The notes under the pieces are model-generated. The model made no database searches. It was given only the letters and a program-made list of their open reading frames with translations, and was not told where the DNA came from. Shown one piece after another: positions 12,824 through 24,191 of a stretch of 64,000 nt of DNA; position 1 is the stretch's first letter, and each line of letters begins with the position of its first letter. Origin of the DNA: Podarcis filfolensis (lineage: Eukaryota); assembly GCA_964270895.1 (NCBI GenBank), contig OZ185438.1; one strand, 5' to 3'. The position numbers and the translations under genes were made by a program.

Positions 12824-13708
12824 GAGATCCATGCAAGTATTTCTGCTTGCCTGATAGAATGATTACCCTCCTCCTTCCTGCACAGTTCTCCCAAGAGGGT
12901 TATTCCAGAGCAGATTTGGGAGCTGGGAAAAGGGGGAAGCCACATTGCTTTAGCAAGAGTCCTTGCACTGGGTTCTACTAGTGGAATGAAGTAGTCGAAA
13001 CTGGGCCTGTGTAAATAAAAGAGATTGCATAACTAAATCACTTCTTTGTATAACCCATTTCCTAAGACTGGCACAGGAAGCACTCTAAAAGTATTATTTT
13101 TAAATCCTAAATGCAAGATGATTGAGTTGGAACTTGCAAACAGAGTTTGTTTATGAGATCAGAACGCAATAATTATTCTGTGTTTTTAAGTGACTCGTAA
13201 TAATGTGCATGTGCTCAAAATCATGTAACGCAGGTTAGTGGCAGCAGTAGGGGAAGTTGTTGTTCCCTGTTCTTCCCACCACAGTGCTCACTTCCTTTCC
13301 TTTATGGAAGAAGGGAAGTGGTTGTCATAGTGATAAAGAGGAAACCCATTGGAATTATCTCTTTTTACAGACTAGCAGATTTACAAGATTATAAGCTTTT
13401 CTGAGAAGTCCCCCAAACCATTTTAGTTTGAACAGGCCTGTCACAAAGGTCTGCACAAACCCTGCTGTCTCTTAAAATTGCTTTAGACCAAAGATCTCAT
13501 TTCTCCCAAGAGATCTCCCACCCTTCATTTGAATTCACAAGTGAGGGGCACAGATGCTAAATCAGTTGTCGCATTCCTCCAGTTTACACCTTTTAACATT
13601 AACAGTGTTCTAGTGTTAACCTGGTGTATGTTTGTTGTAGCAGGCACCAGGATCCTTTACAATTGAATGGTGTTTCCATGTAGAGGTAGAAATCTGTTTT
13701 ATTCTTTT

Positions 13709-14133
13709 AAATAAATAAAACTTTATTGTTACTACACCACCTGTGTGCAGTGAAATTAAACGAGCCCCCCTCTTCCCCCCACATACACTCAATCTTGTTT
13801 GCGCTCTGTGTGCTTGTCGGAAGTCAGTTGCACCACTATTTTTTTCCATTCAGCAGCCCAACAGCCCACTGATAAAAACTGTTCTTTAACCTGTTGGTGC
13901 GGCTGACTATACTTCTGTACCTCCTGCCCGAAGGCAGGAGATTACAAAGGTGCTGGCCCGGGTGTGAGTTGTCCCTAAGAATTTTCCTTGCTCTCCTGAG
14001 GCTGCGGTCTTCTGCGATGTCATCTAGCGAACTCCAGGGACAGCCCATGATATCATGTGCTGCATTCACCACACTCTGTAGGGATTTCCTGTCTGTGGCT
14101 GTCAAACTGGTGTACCACACTGTAATACAGTGT
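13709..14133 (-). mobile_element. 5'-truncated Rex1/Babar non-LTR retrotransposon (RT C-terminus plus 3' UTR)
   Basis: Minus-strand HCITVWYTSLTATDRKSLQSVVNAAHDIMG..RRARKILRDNSHPGQHLCNLLPSGRRYRSIVSRTNRLKNSFYQWAVGLLN has the Rex1 C-terminal signature; followed by AATAAAG and a TTTA-type tail. Confidence 0.85.
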
Positions 14134-14544
14134 TTTAGTTCATTATATCTTACTGGAAAAAATAGCAAAAAGAAAAAAGAAAGGTCTCACGTCACTGTGT
14201 CTTGGATCTGCTTGTGGATGTTTTTGAAAAATGAGAATGCATTTTTAAATAAAACAGAGGTGGCTGGAGGAGGAAAAAACAGCCAGTGATGCACTCTGTC
14301 ACTGCACTGCTCTCCTGGAAGCAGTTGCAGCTCACAGTAGGCAAGAAGGCAAGCTGCAAACTGTTTTAACACAGATTAGTTACACCATGAAACTTTCTAC
14401 TCATTCTATTTTTGTATAGTTATGGTGATTGAAAGAAGGTGAAGTGGTAGATTTTCCAATTCTTGAACTTCTTGAAATTCGTTCTATAGTAATTGTGGAT
14501 GATTGAGTTCAGAACTATAGACTACTTGGATTAATGCATATGTA

Positions 14545-14784
14545 CAGTGGTACCTCTGGATGCGAACAGGATCCGTTCCGGAGCCCCGTTCGCATTCTGA
14601 AGCGAACGCAACCCGCGTCTGCGCGGGTCACGATTCGCCGCTTCCGCACATGCGTGTGATGTCATTTTGAGCATCTCTGCGAGCGGCGAAACCTGGAAGT
14701 AACGCACTCCATTACTTCCGGGTCGCCGCGGAGTGCAACCCGAAAATATTCATCCCGAAGCTACTTCAACTCGAGGTATGACTG
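14545..14784. mobile_element. Tc1/mariner (pogo/Tigger-like) MITE
   Basis: TA|CAGTGGTACCTC..GAGGTATGACTG|TA; 240 bp; CpG-rich. Confidence 0.9.
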
Positions 14785-15575
14785 TAGTATCAGGCTTTAA
14801 CTGATTTACAAAGTGTTTGTAGGCTTGGCTGAATCCAAATTTTAGTGGGCCTTTTCGTATGTCGGTTTCCCTGCTGTGAGTGTACCTGACTGCAGAACCG
14901 GGTAGCTAAGCACTGCCATTTAAAAATTTTCCAACATGCTCTGGAGGTGCATGATAACTCAGAACATTGTGGGAAATGGCAAAATGTAGCTGCTCAGTGG
15001 AGGCCTAGCAGCTGCTCAAGGATACAAGGTGTTGAGCTGGGCCTGATTGCCTGGAATATTTGTTACATATAGCTTTAGTGGTTAGAACGGTGACTCTTAA
15101 TTCATGATTATTTTTTTAATGGAACATTCTTGTGAGACAGCTGAATTAATATTTTATGCCAGTTGAGTAGATGTGCGTTTAGTTGTAACCCATAGCATAC
15201 TTAAACTACTAGACTGTGTTGTTTAAAAGTAATTCCTTTCACCCTTTAAATAAAACTATTCTCTATTTAGATGTGGCTTCACAGATTGTGCATACCAATT
15301 CCAGGCATTAAAAGACTACCAGAAATAATGGAGTTGCCAGTAAGCAAGTGAACATGATGCTTCAACCAGTGGATAAATAAATACTTTTCAAAAAAGAAAA
15401 TTCAATATTTATTTGATTTAAATTGTAGTTAAAAGCCAGTTTTTAGGTTAATTTACCAAATTCATCTTGATGCAGCATTAATGCTATTCCTCCTTGTCTG
15501 AAATGTGTATATTCTATTTAGTATTCTAATTTGATTGGTTTTCATGGTTATCACTTACCAATGTGTTACATGCTA

Positions 15576-15777
15576 CAGTGGTACCTCTGGTTACAAACTT
15601 AATTCGTTCTGGAGGTCCGTTATTAACCTGAGGTCCCACTTTTAGCTAATGGGGCCTCCTGCCGCCGCCGCCGTGTGATTTCTGTTCTCATCCTGACGTA
15701 AAGTTCTTAACCCAAGGTACTACTTCTGGGTTAGCAGAGTCTGTAACCCGAGGTGTTTGTAACCTGAGGTGCCACTG
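15576..15777. mobile_element. Tc1/mariner MITE (same family as 23374-23572)
   Basis: TA|CAGTGGTACCTCTGGTTAC..GTAACCTGAGGTGCCACTG|TA; 202 bp. Confidence 0.9.
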
Positions 15778-15847
15778 TATATCTAATTGCCATATGCCAC
15801 CTTAAAAATGAGAATGCCAGAACAGGGCAGTCTTGAAGCATCTGTAG

Positions 15848-15980
15848 CAAGAATGAGGAACTTGTGGCCCTTCAGATGTTTTTGTAGACGCCCAACTCAT
15901 CCACTCCAGCAAGCATGGCCAGTAATCAGAAATGTTAGTAGTTGTCCAGTATTTGGAAGGCAACAGGTTAGCTACTCCTA
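15848..15980. mobile_element. Degraded short hAT MITE (family B-like)
   Basis: GAGGAACTTGTGGCCCTTCAGATGTT..ATTTGGAAGGCAACAGGTTAGCTACTCC; boundaries approximate. Confidence 0.45.
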
Positions 15981-16511
15981 GTCTAGAAAATGCTCAGGTT
16001 CTGAGAGAGAGGAGTTGCCGTCACTGAAGAGATACTGAGATCAACTCTTTGCACCCTTTTAACAATCTAACTTCTAGTCAGAATACCTGTGGTAAATTTA
16101 AGGGAATTCTAAGCATGATTGAATGTAAGCTATTACCGTACTGCCAAAATGCTGGGAATAAGTTTTTATGTAGGTGATTTTCTGTATCATTTGAGATAGA
16201 TTTATTTCAAAAAGGGTGAGGGTGAATTAAGGATTAACTCATAACCACAACTGGTCCAGCACTGACCATGGCATAGTTTTTTCAAATGTACTCTTGTAGC
16301 AGAATGCCCTTTTTGCTGCATAAACTGCTATTGTTGGAATTGTATTTTCTTCATGCCTGAAGAAGACTTGCTATTCTGAGGGAAGAGATAAGCAACTGGT
16401 CAGATAAGTCTGGCAGTATAAGAAAATAACTGGGTCACAGTAACTACTTTATTGCTTAAACTCTATTACCCTCATAGTTTGGCTCTCAAAGGCTTACTAA
16501 ATGGCTTAGGC

Positions 16512-16697
16512 CAGTGGTTTCTAATTAGCTAAGTACTGAGGACCCCCTGTTTTTCAAAAGCCAAGCCATGGACCCCCTACATTTTAAAATGTTGATATTA
16601 TCTCTGGTATTTTTTGTTATGTGAATGGTGCAATAGCTCCCCTGAGTGGGTTGCATGGACTCCCTGGGGTCCACAGACTCCCAATTGGGAACCACTG
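16512..16697. mobile_element. hAT (Charlie/MER5-like) MITE 130 bp upstream of exon 2
   Basis: TIR CAGTGGTTTCTAA..TTGGGAACCACTG; TSD gcttaggc/acttaggc. Confidence 0.8.
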
Positions 16698-16826
16698 ACT
16701 TAGGCCATTTGTAATTCTGAGTTAGATTTATGTGTGGAGCAGGAAGTTCTTTAAATGGGGCTGTTTGTATTTGCATGTTCAAAAAAGTTTAAAACAAAAT
16801 TAAATGTTTGAATGTATCTCTTTCAG

Positions 16827-16984
16827 GTTATGCAATGGTCTCTGCAAGATGGCTTGTTCTTGAGTTGGAGCTTTTTAAAACAGACATATGCTGGTACTTC
16901 AACTTTATTAAGCGGACTATAAGTTTTTCTCTCTCAACAACTACATAAGCAGACAAAATTGCAAAAATCTGCCCTGTTTCGAGT
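16827..16984 (+). other. USP9X: Exon 2, 5' UTR part
   Basis: Acceptor tctctttcag|G at 16826/16827. The ACAACTACATAAGCAGACAAAATTGCAAA..CGAGT-ATG leader resembles the mammalian USP9X leader as recalled. Confidence 0.85.
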
Positions 16985-17080
16985 ATGACAGCCACGACCC
17001 GTGGCTCTCCGGTAGGAGGGAACGACAGCCAGGGCCAGGCTCCTGATGGACAGTCCCAGCCTCCTCTCCAGCAGAATCAG
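16985..17080 (+). CDS. USP9X: USP9X exon 2 (coding part)
   Basis: [14 protein letters not shown]; CAG|gtatgg; 96 nt. Confidence 0.97.
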
Positions 17081-20000
17081 GTATGGTGGATATTCATATT
17101 AGTAATCAAAATTTAGATATTTTTGAGCAAAAGTTCCAATTGATAACACTAATTAACCTTAATCTTGCAACAATACACTTCAGTTCTACTTTCCACATTA
17201 AATAAATTCCAGTAAAGTTGGTCTGGGCACTTCCTGTTTACAAACCCCTTGCATGGTGAGAGTCTCTTTGAATATTTGTCTTAAAAATTTAAATACTCTA
17301 AATCAAGATTCCACATATTTTGGCTGGCCTTGTTAATTAAAGATTTTTTTGGTCCTGATCTTGTGTAGTACCCTCTGTAATACAGCATGAGGTTGGGTAC
17401 AGTCACCCCATAGCTCTGAGCTTGGAGGTACATAGGGAGTTAATGTGATCTTTTCTGCAAAAACAAGCCCATTCCATCTTCTTCAGCTTGGAAAGGGGAG
17501 TGGGGATTCCCTACTCTTGTTCTAGGTCTCTGAGTCCCTCAGAAGCTCAGGTATGATTACTGTTCCCAGGTCTGAATCCAGTTTAGAGGGGAAGAAATGG
17601 CTGGGATTGGTTATTTGTACAGTTGCCTTCTGAGATGCACTAAGAGGAAGTGTCAGCACCTGGCTGCACTGGGGTGTGCCAGGTTGCCACTGCACTTTGA
17701 AGCATAAAACAACCCCCAAGCTTTCTTTCCAATCTTAGGGCTGTGGAGAAGGCAAGGATCATCCTCACAGTAATGCTAGACTTCTGAGGTCTCTGAACTG
17801 CTATTCCACTGCATAAAAAAACTCCTGTTTTTCTTGCCAAATGAGTGAAATGTCACATTCTATAGTAGAATAAAATTACAATTGCTAAGGGAATCATTGT
17901 TGAAGTGAATTGTAATAGTTATTAAGCTTTATTTACATAGACGAGGTTTCCATGGCTGCTTTTGGAAGCACTAGGTTTTGTATAGTTAACTTCACTTATA
18001 GCAGGTGGACTGCTGATGTTTACAGTAGCTTTGTAAATTCACAAAAGCTGCCTGCCACCCACACAACTATTTGTAGCAAATAAGCATAGTAAATGAAAGA
18101 GAATACACAAACTCTTCTATGCCTGTTTGCACACAAGTGTTTACATGTGTTCTTAAGTTGTTACAAGTAAGCAGATAAGTGACAGCTTGTATGTATTAAT
18201 TGCATATACTAGAGGTTTTTTCTTAAATTGCTGCTTTTATTAAACAAATTGTTGTTTGGGTGTATACTCTGTTCATCCGGCTCAGGAAAATATAGTTGTT
18301 TGAAACCATTCTGAAAAGATCCAGTGATTAGATTGGGATTTCTCAGAAATTGCTGCAAAAAAATGGTTTTGCTTGTTGCACTTGAGATTTTATTTTTTGC
18401 ACACATGGTGAACAAAACTGGTTTTATTTGAGGCCTGTTCTGATGATAGTGTTACATGCTCACACATGCTTCCTTTATGCACAGTGATAACAGGAGTGTG
18501 AGTAGTTCAGAGCTCTTGTATTCTTGCTGCATGAACATAATCTCATCAATGTCTTGGAGATCTTGCACCAACTCACATCCTCCAGTTGAAGTAATCTCTC
18601 TCCCCCCCCCCACAACTTTCTTTTGATCATTGTATCCCAAGAGTGTTGCTCCAAACTTGCTTTTGCTGTTCTTTCATTGTTCTCAGCATATTGGCACTCA
18701 GTACAAGATGTAAGATGTTTCTCATCCAAGCAAGATAGATTTGTGGATGTTCATCAAGGAGACGTTGCTACCAAATGTAGTGCAGTACTGAAAGATAGAG
18801 GTGCAGTTCTAATGAGCCCTGTCAGTGCAAGAACTTCAGTTTGCACAATGGGTCTGTCCCCTCTCCCCTTACCCATGTGCCTCCCTGCACCCCCGAAATT
18901 AACTCTGGGAGGGTCAGGAGAAGTGCCAGAGCAGCACAGGGAAAGGGGATAGGTATCATTCTGCCTAGTAAGCTGAAATGCTTAGATAGATGGAACAATT
19001 GGAAAAGCTTAATGTTGAATTCCACGGTTGGTGTTTGCACAATGTTGTGAATGTGTTGTCTCCAATGAGGAGAAGATTGTCAAAGTGTTGCTGGCTGATG
19101 GGCTTTTTCTCCTTTTGTAAGAGCAGCCTACAGCTCAGTAGAGAACTTTAGAACATACTTGGCTCACATTAAAATATTGTAAATATTGCCAAGGAAACAG
19201 GCAACTGGAATAGATTTTCACTGGTGCTGTTCTCAGTAGCAAATAGAGCATGGGTAGTCAGCATTCTTCTCTCCAGATGTTTTGGGCTTCCATTGACCAT
19301 GCTAGCTGGGCTGACAAAAGCTGTAGTCCAAAACCTCTGGAGGGCACTGTGTTTGCTATCCCTGAGAATAGAACTTGATGGAAAGTGGCTTTTTTCTTCA
19401 TCATGCTTGGAATGTAAAGTGCTTGCCCTACAGGAGGACTCAGAGGGCACCTGATTGAGACTTGAGTTTTATAGGTTTCAGGCTGCTGTGGGTGTTGCTT
19501 GTGTTATTTGTGCATTACATTGCACAGAGGTGTTGAACTCAATACATTTGCAGTAGTGCATGATAGACCAGTGTGATCTCACCAGTGCTGCCTGCACAGG
19601 CCCAAACATGCTGCTGTCCTGCCCTGTCAAATAGCAGTGATGCTGGTGTCAGGACGTTGTGTCTGCAGCTCTACCCCACCACACATGGCAGCTACTGAGT
19701 TAGAATTATGACCTAGAAGCAGGAGGACCATATCAAAGCTTCTGTTTTGATTTTGGAGGGGGTTGTAGTTTAGAAAAGCTATTAAATTTAGTACATAGGG
19801 GAAAGGAAATTTGCAGAATTGTATGTTGAAAACTAAAAACACAAACATAGTACAAATATTATTAAAATGAAAGTGCGAAATAACTGTCCTGTGCAGCATA
19901 AAGATGGTGAAGAGATACATTTACCCTTGAAAGGTTAGGAGGAAATAGGCCTACTCTTTGAATGTTATTAGAAGGAGACATTAAACTGTGTAATGACTCC

Positions 20001-23000
20001 ATAATTTTAAAAATTATTGCAAGAATATCAGTATTTGAGTGGTTTACTTAAGCATGTATTTTCTAATTCAGACTTCTTCCCCTGATTCTTCAAATGAGAA
20101 TTCCCCAGCTACACCCCCTGATGAACAGGGTCAAGGTGATGCTCCACCACAGCTTGAAGATGAGGAGCCTGCATTTCCACACACTGACCTGGCCAAGTTG
20201 GATGACATGATTAACAGGTATTTATATATATTTTTCAGGCAGTGTGTTAATTTGTGGCTCAAAATATTTCATCTTTTCCAGACGAAAAACATTGAAGGGG
20301 AAAGTTAGATTTCATGTCAAACTGAATTTTATATTCTAATGTTTTCTTAGACCTCGATGGGTTGTTCCTGTATTGCCTAAAGGGGAGTTAGAAGTTCTTC
20401 TAGAAGCTGCTATTGAGCTTAGTAAAAAAGGTAAGTTGAAAAATTAAACTTTTAAGAACAATGGATATAGCACCTCAATGACTTACAGTGATATCCCTTA
20501 TTTAGAATTGCTAGCTTTACTAACTACTTGACTGTGTATACAGGGAGATAAAGAAATAAATAGATTCAAGCCAGGAAATGGGAAAGAGCTGGAGAGTCCT
20601 TATGGCTTGCAAGGGACCCTTCCTGGTGCCTGAAGAGGACTTCATTGGGGACAGAGGAATCCCCAAAGAGACTGGAGGCGCAGCAAAGCTTTTTTTAGGC
20701 TGCTAGGGTTAGCAGCTGATGTGTGCAGTAGTACAGCAGCCACTGCTTTTCTGTGCATCCTCCAGCTGGCCCTAGAACTCCAACTCTAGTTGAAGAGAGA
20801 ATTGTGGGAAGAGAGAGCTGGAGAGCAGGAAAAAACGGGCATTTAGAGGCTTTTTAGAGGGTTCTCTGTACTTACGCGATTTTCGCTTCTGTGCACAGGG
20901 GCCTGGAACACAAACCCCGTGCAACTGGGGGAACACCCATAGTGTTCAGTTAAATGAATAAACAGGTCAATTTCAAAGTATGTTTTCTTTTGGTTTGGTG
21001 GAGAACTTTCATTTGTATATCTAAATAGCATTTCAGTAGTTGAAGAATTCTTGTAAGATAGTGGCTGAGAGTGAGCTATGACTTGGAAAGTCCATGGGTT
21101 GAAATTTAAACTCAGTAGGCAGTATTGGGCAAGCGGCTTCCTCTTGTTTACATTTGGGAAGATGATGATACTGACCCATCTTATAGGAATTGTACAGATT
21201 ATAAAAAGATAATTGGATTTTTACAGTTTTTAGTGTAAATCATTTGTGTTACTACAGATGGAAGATTTGATGCATTTCTAAAGAATTAGCACAGGAGAAA
21301 GTGTTCAACTTATAGAATCAATGTTGGGAGTCAGTTTCAGGTCTAAATTGCCTTCAGATCCATTGCAAGTTGGAGAAGGGCAGGCTGACTGGGGGCTGAC
21401 TGGTAGAGGGAGTTGCACAGAAGCAAGGTTGAGAGGAAATAAATAATAAGGATCTTAAAAATGATAACCCTACTTCTTTTAGCTATTGCAATATTCTTGA
21501 TAGGGACTTCCTAGCTTCTGGGCATTTAATGTCTGCAGTGTAGTGTTTCCTGCAACCTTGAAGGCTAGGAACATGCATAGAAAAATAATCAACAGTAGTT
21601 AAACCGTTGCACGGATATAGTGTCTATGCAGTGTTGTTAAGAAAATTTAACTCACGTTTTATGCAGTTTAGTTAAAGTATAATAAGTATTAAATGTATTA
21701 AACAGCTTTCTTTTGAAGCATTTTCCGAATGTTTTACTGTTGGTAATTTAGTAGTCAGTGTATGACACCAAGTAACTTAATTCTTTGATTATCTCTTTTT
21801 ACACAGGCCTTGATGTTAAAAGTGAAGCATGTCAGCGATTTTTTCGAGATGGGTTAACAATCTCTTTCACAAAAATCCTTACAGATGAGGCAGTGAGTGG
21901 CTGGAAATTTGAGATTCATGTAAGTTTGTTTTAGCTACCCATTCATGTATCCATTATGGCAACAGCTTCAGTATGGTAAAAACTGGTTAATTACCTGTGA
22001 CACTTGTCAAAACTTGCATTACTTTTACTATATAATTCCTGTAGCTTAAATTTGTACGGTTTGAAATAAATAATTTCATGCAACAAGGGTTTATAGAATT
22101 TTCTTTACTCTGATAAGGAATTTCACTATCACGCAAGTTTATATAAAGTATTTTTTTCTTAATAGAGATGTATCATTAACAACACTCACCGCCTAGTTGA
22201 ACTCTGTGTGGCAAAGCTGGCCCAAGATTGGTTTCCTCTTCTTGAACTTCTTGCAATGGCCTTAAATCCTCATTGCAAATTCCATCTTTACAATGGTACA
22301 CGTCCCTCTGAAACTGTTCCTGCTGGAGTTCAGCTGGCTGAAGATGAACTTTATGCTCGTCCTCCAGACCCGCGGTCACCAAAGGTATGTTGATTTGAAA
22401 TTTTGAATTCTCACTTAAGACATTTCTGGACAGTTGTTTTCTGGGGTATTGGTTTGCCTCTTTGGTTTTTGCAAAGTTGGAAAAGTTAGAACCAGGTGAA
22501 GCAGAAACTGTACTCTCCCTGTTTCCTAGTGCATTCTTAATCAAGTCATAAAAGCAGTAGACACATAAACACGTGCTATAGCCTGCATTGTGCTTAGCAG
22601 TGGCGTAGCGTGGGGGGTGCGGGGGGGCCGGCCGCACCGGGCGCAACATCTGGGGGGGGGGCGCTTGCACTCGCAGCTCTCTGCCCCCTGCTAAAATCCA
22701 CGGGTTAGGGGGTGCAAATTACTTGCCTTGCCCTGGGTGCTGACAACCCACGCTACGCCACTGGTGCTTAGGCACAAATCAGAACTAGATATCATCTTAA
22801 ATATTCATCTTAAAATGAATTCTCTTCACTATTTTCTGTCAGACTTCACCATGGTTATTTATTAGATCTGCTGTGAAACCTTGGCTAATGCTAAACATGC
22901 TTCTGTCTTAACCAGGATTTGTAAACTAAGTATCATTAGCCTTAATGTACAGTCGTACCTTGGAAGTCGAATGGAATCCATTCCGAAAGTCCGTTTGACT

Positions 23001-24152
23001 TCCAAAATGTTCGAAAACCAAAGCGCGGCTTCTGATTGACTGCAGGAAACTCCTGCAGCCAATCAGAAGCTGTGGAAGCCCCATCGGACGTTCGGCTTCC
23101 AATAATAGTTTGCAAACTGGAACAGTCACCTCTGGGTTTGCGGCGTTTGCGAGACAAAATGTTCAACAACTAAGTTGTTTGAAAACCAAGGTACAACTGT
23201 AGTTGCAAATGTATCAAATCGCAGCCAAAAAAGTTGGAGTTAAAATTTGTGAAGTTGCTAACTTTGTTGTAGTGTATAAATTGGTATGTTAGTTTCAAGG
23301 CTAACTCTCTTGGAGCCTCAAAGTGTTGGGAAGTCTCAGTTCACATGACTGGAACTTCAAAAGGAGGTCAATACAGTGGTACCTCGGGTTACATACGCTT
23401 CAGGTTACAGACTCCGCTAACCCAGAAATATTACCTCGGGTTAAGAACCTTGCTTCAGGATGAGAACAGAAAGGAGGCCCCATTAGCTAGAGTGGTGCTT
23501 CAGGTTAAGAACAATTTCAGGCTAAGAACGGACCTCCGGAACGAATTAAGTACGTAACCAGAGGTGCCACTGTATAGCTTTTGGCTGAGGCCTGTTATGA
23601 TGATCTCCATATGCTAAAACTGTCCCACACACCCCATTAATCTGTATTCGCTTCTGGTTTCTAACCTAAAAGGAAATCTTGTATTAATTTCTGTCAGAAG
23701 ATAACAGATTACTGTGCATAAAAGCTCTCTTGTTCAGAAATACATGTCTTTTATAATAGTATAATACTGAATTGCTGGTATTATCACAACTTGCAAAATA
23801 TTTTGAAATTATTAACAGTACACGAGAGGATAATCATGGTTAAAGGAGTATATTTACTTCTAATTGTGACCAAAAGTAGGACTTGTTCTTTGCAATGTAA
23901 ATATGTGTTGGTAGAATGACATGTAAAGCAGGAAAAATTGTTTTGCAGGGTTGGCTAGTAGATCTCATCAACAAGTTTGGCACATTGAATGGGTTTCAGA
24001 TCTTACACGATCGTTTTATGAGCGGATCAGCATTGAATGTTCAGATTATAGCAGCTCTCATCAAGTAAGACCTTTTTCTATGTATCAACTGAATAACAGT
24101 ATCCCTTGAGTTAGTTTCTCTCTCTCATCATTGGCTTTACCACAGGAGCGCT

Positions 24153-24191
<39 letters not shown>

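Noticed and set aside
18623-18952. 109-aa sense ORF in intron 2
   Set aside because: No recognisable homology and no phase-0 splice pair that keeps it in the USP9X frame; the length is reachable by chance.
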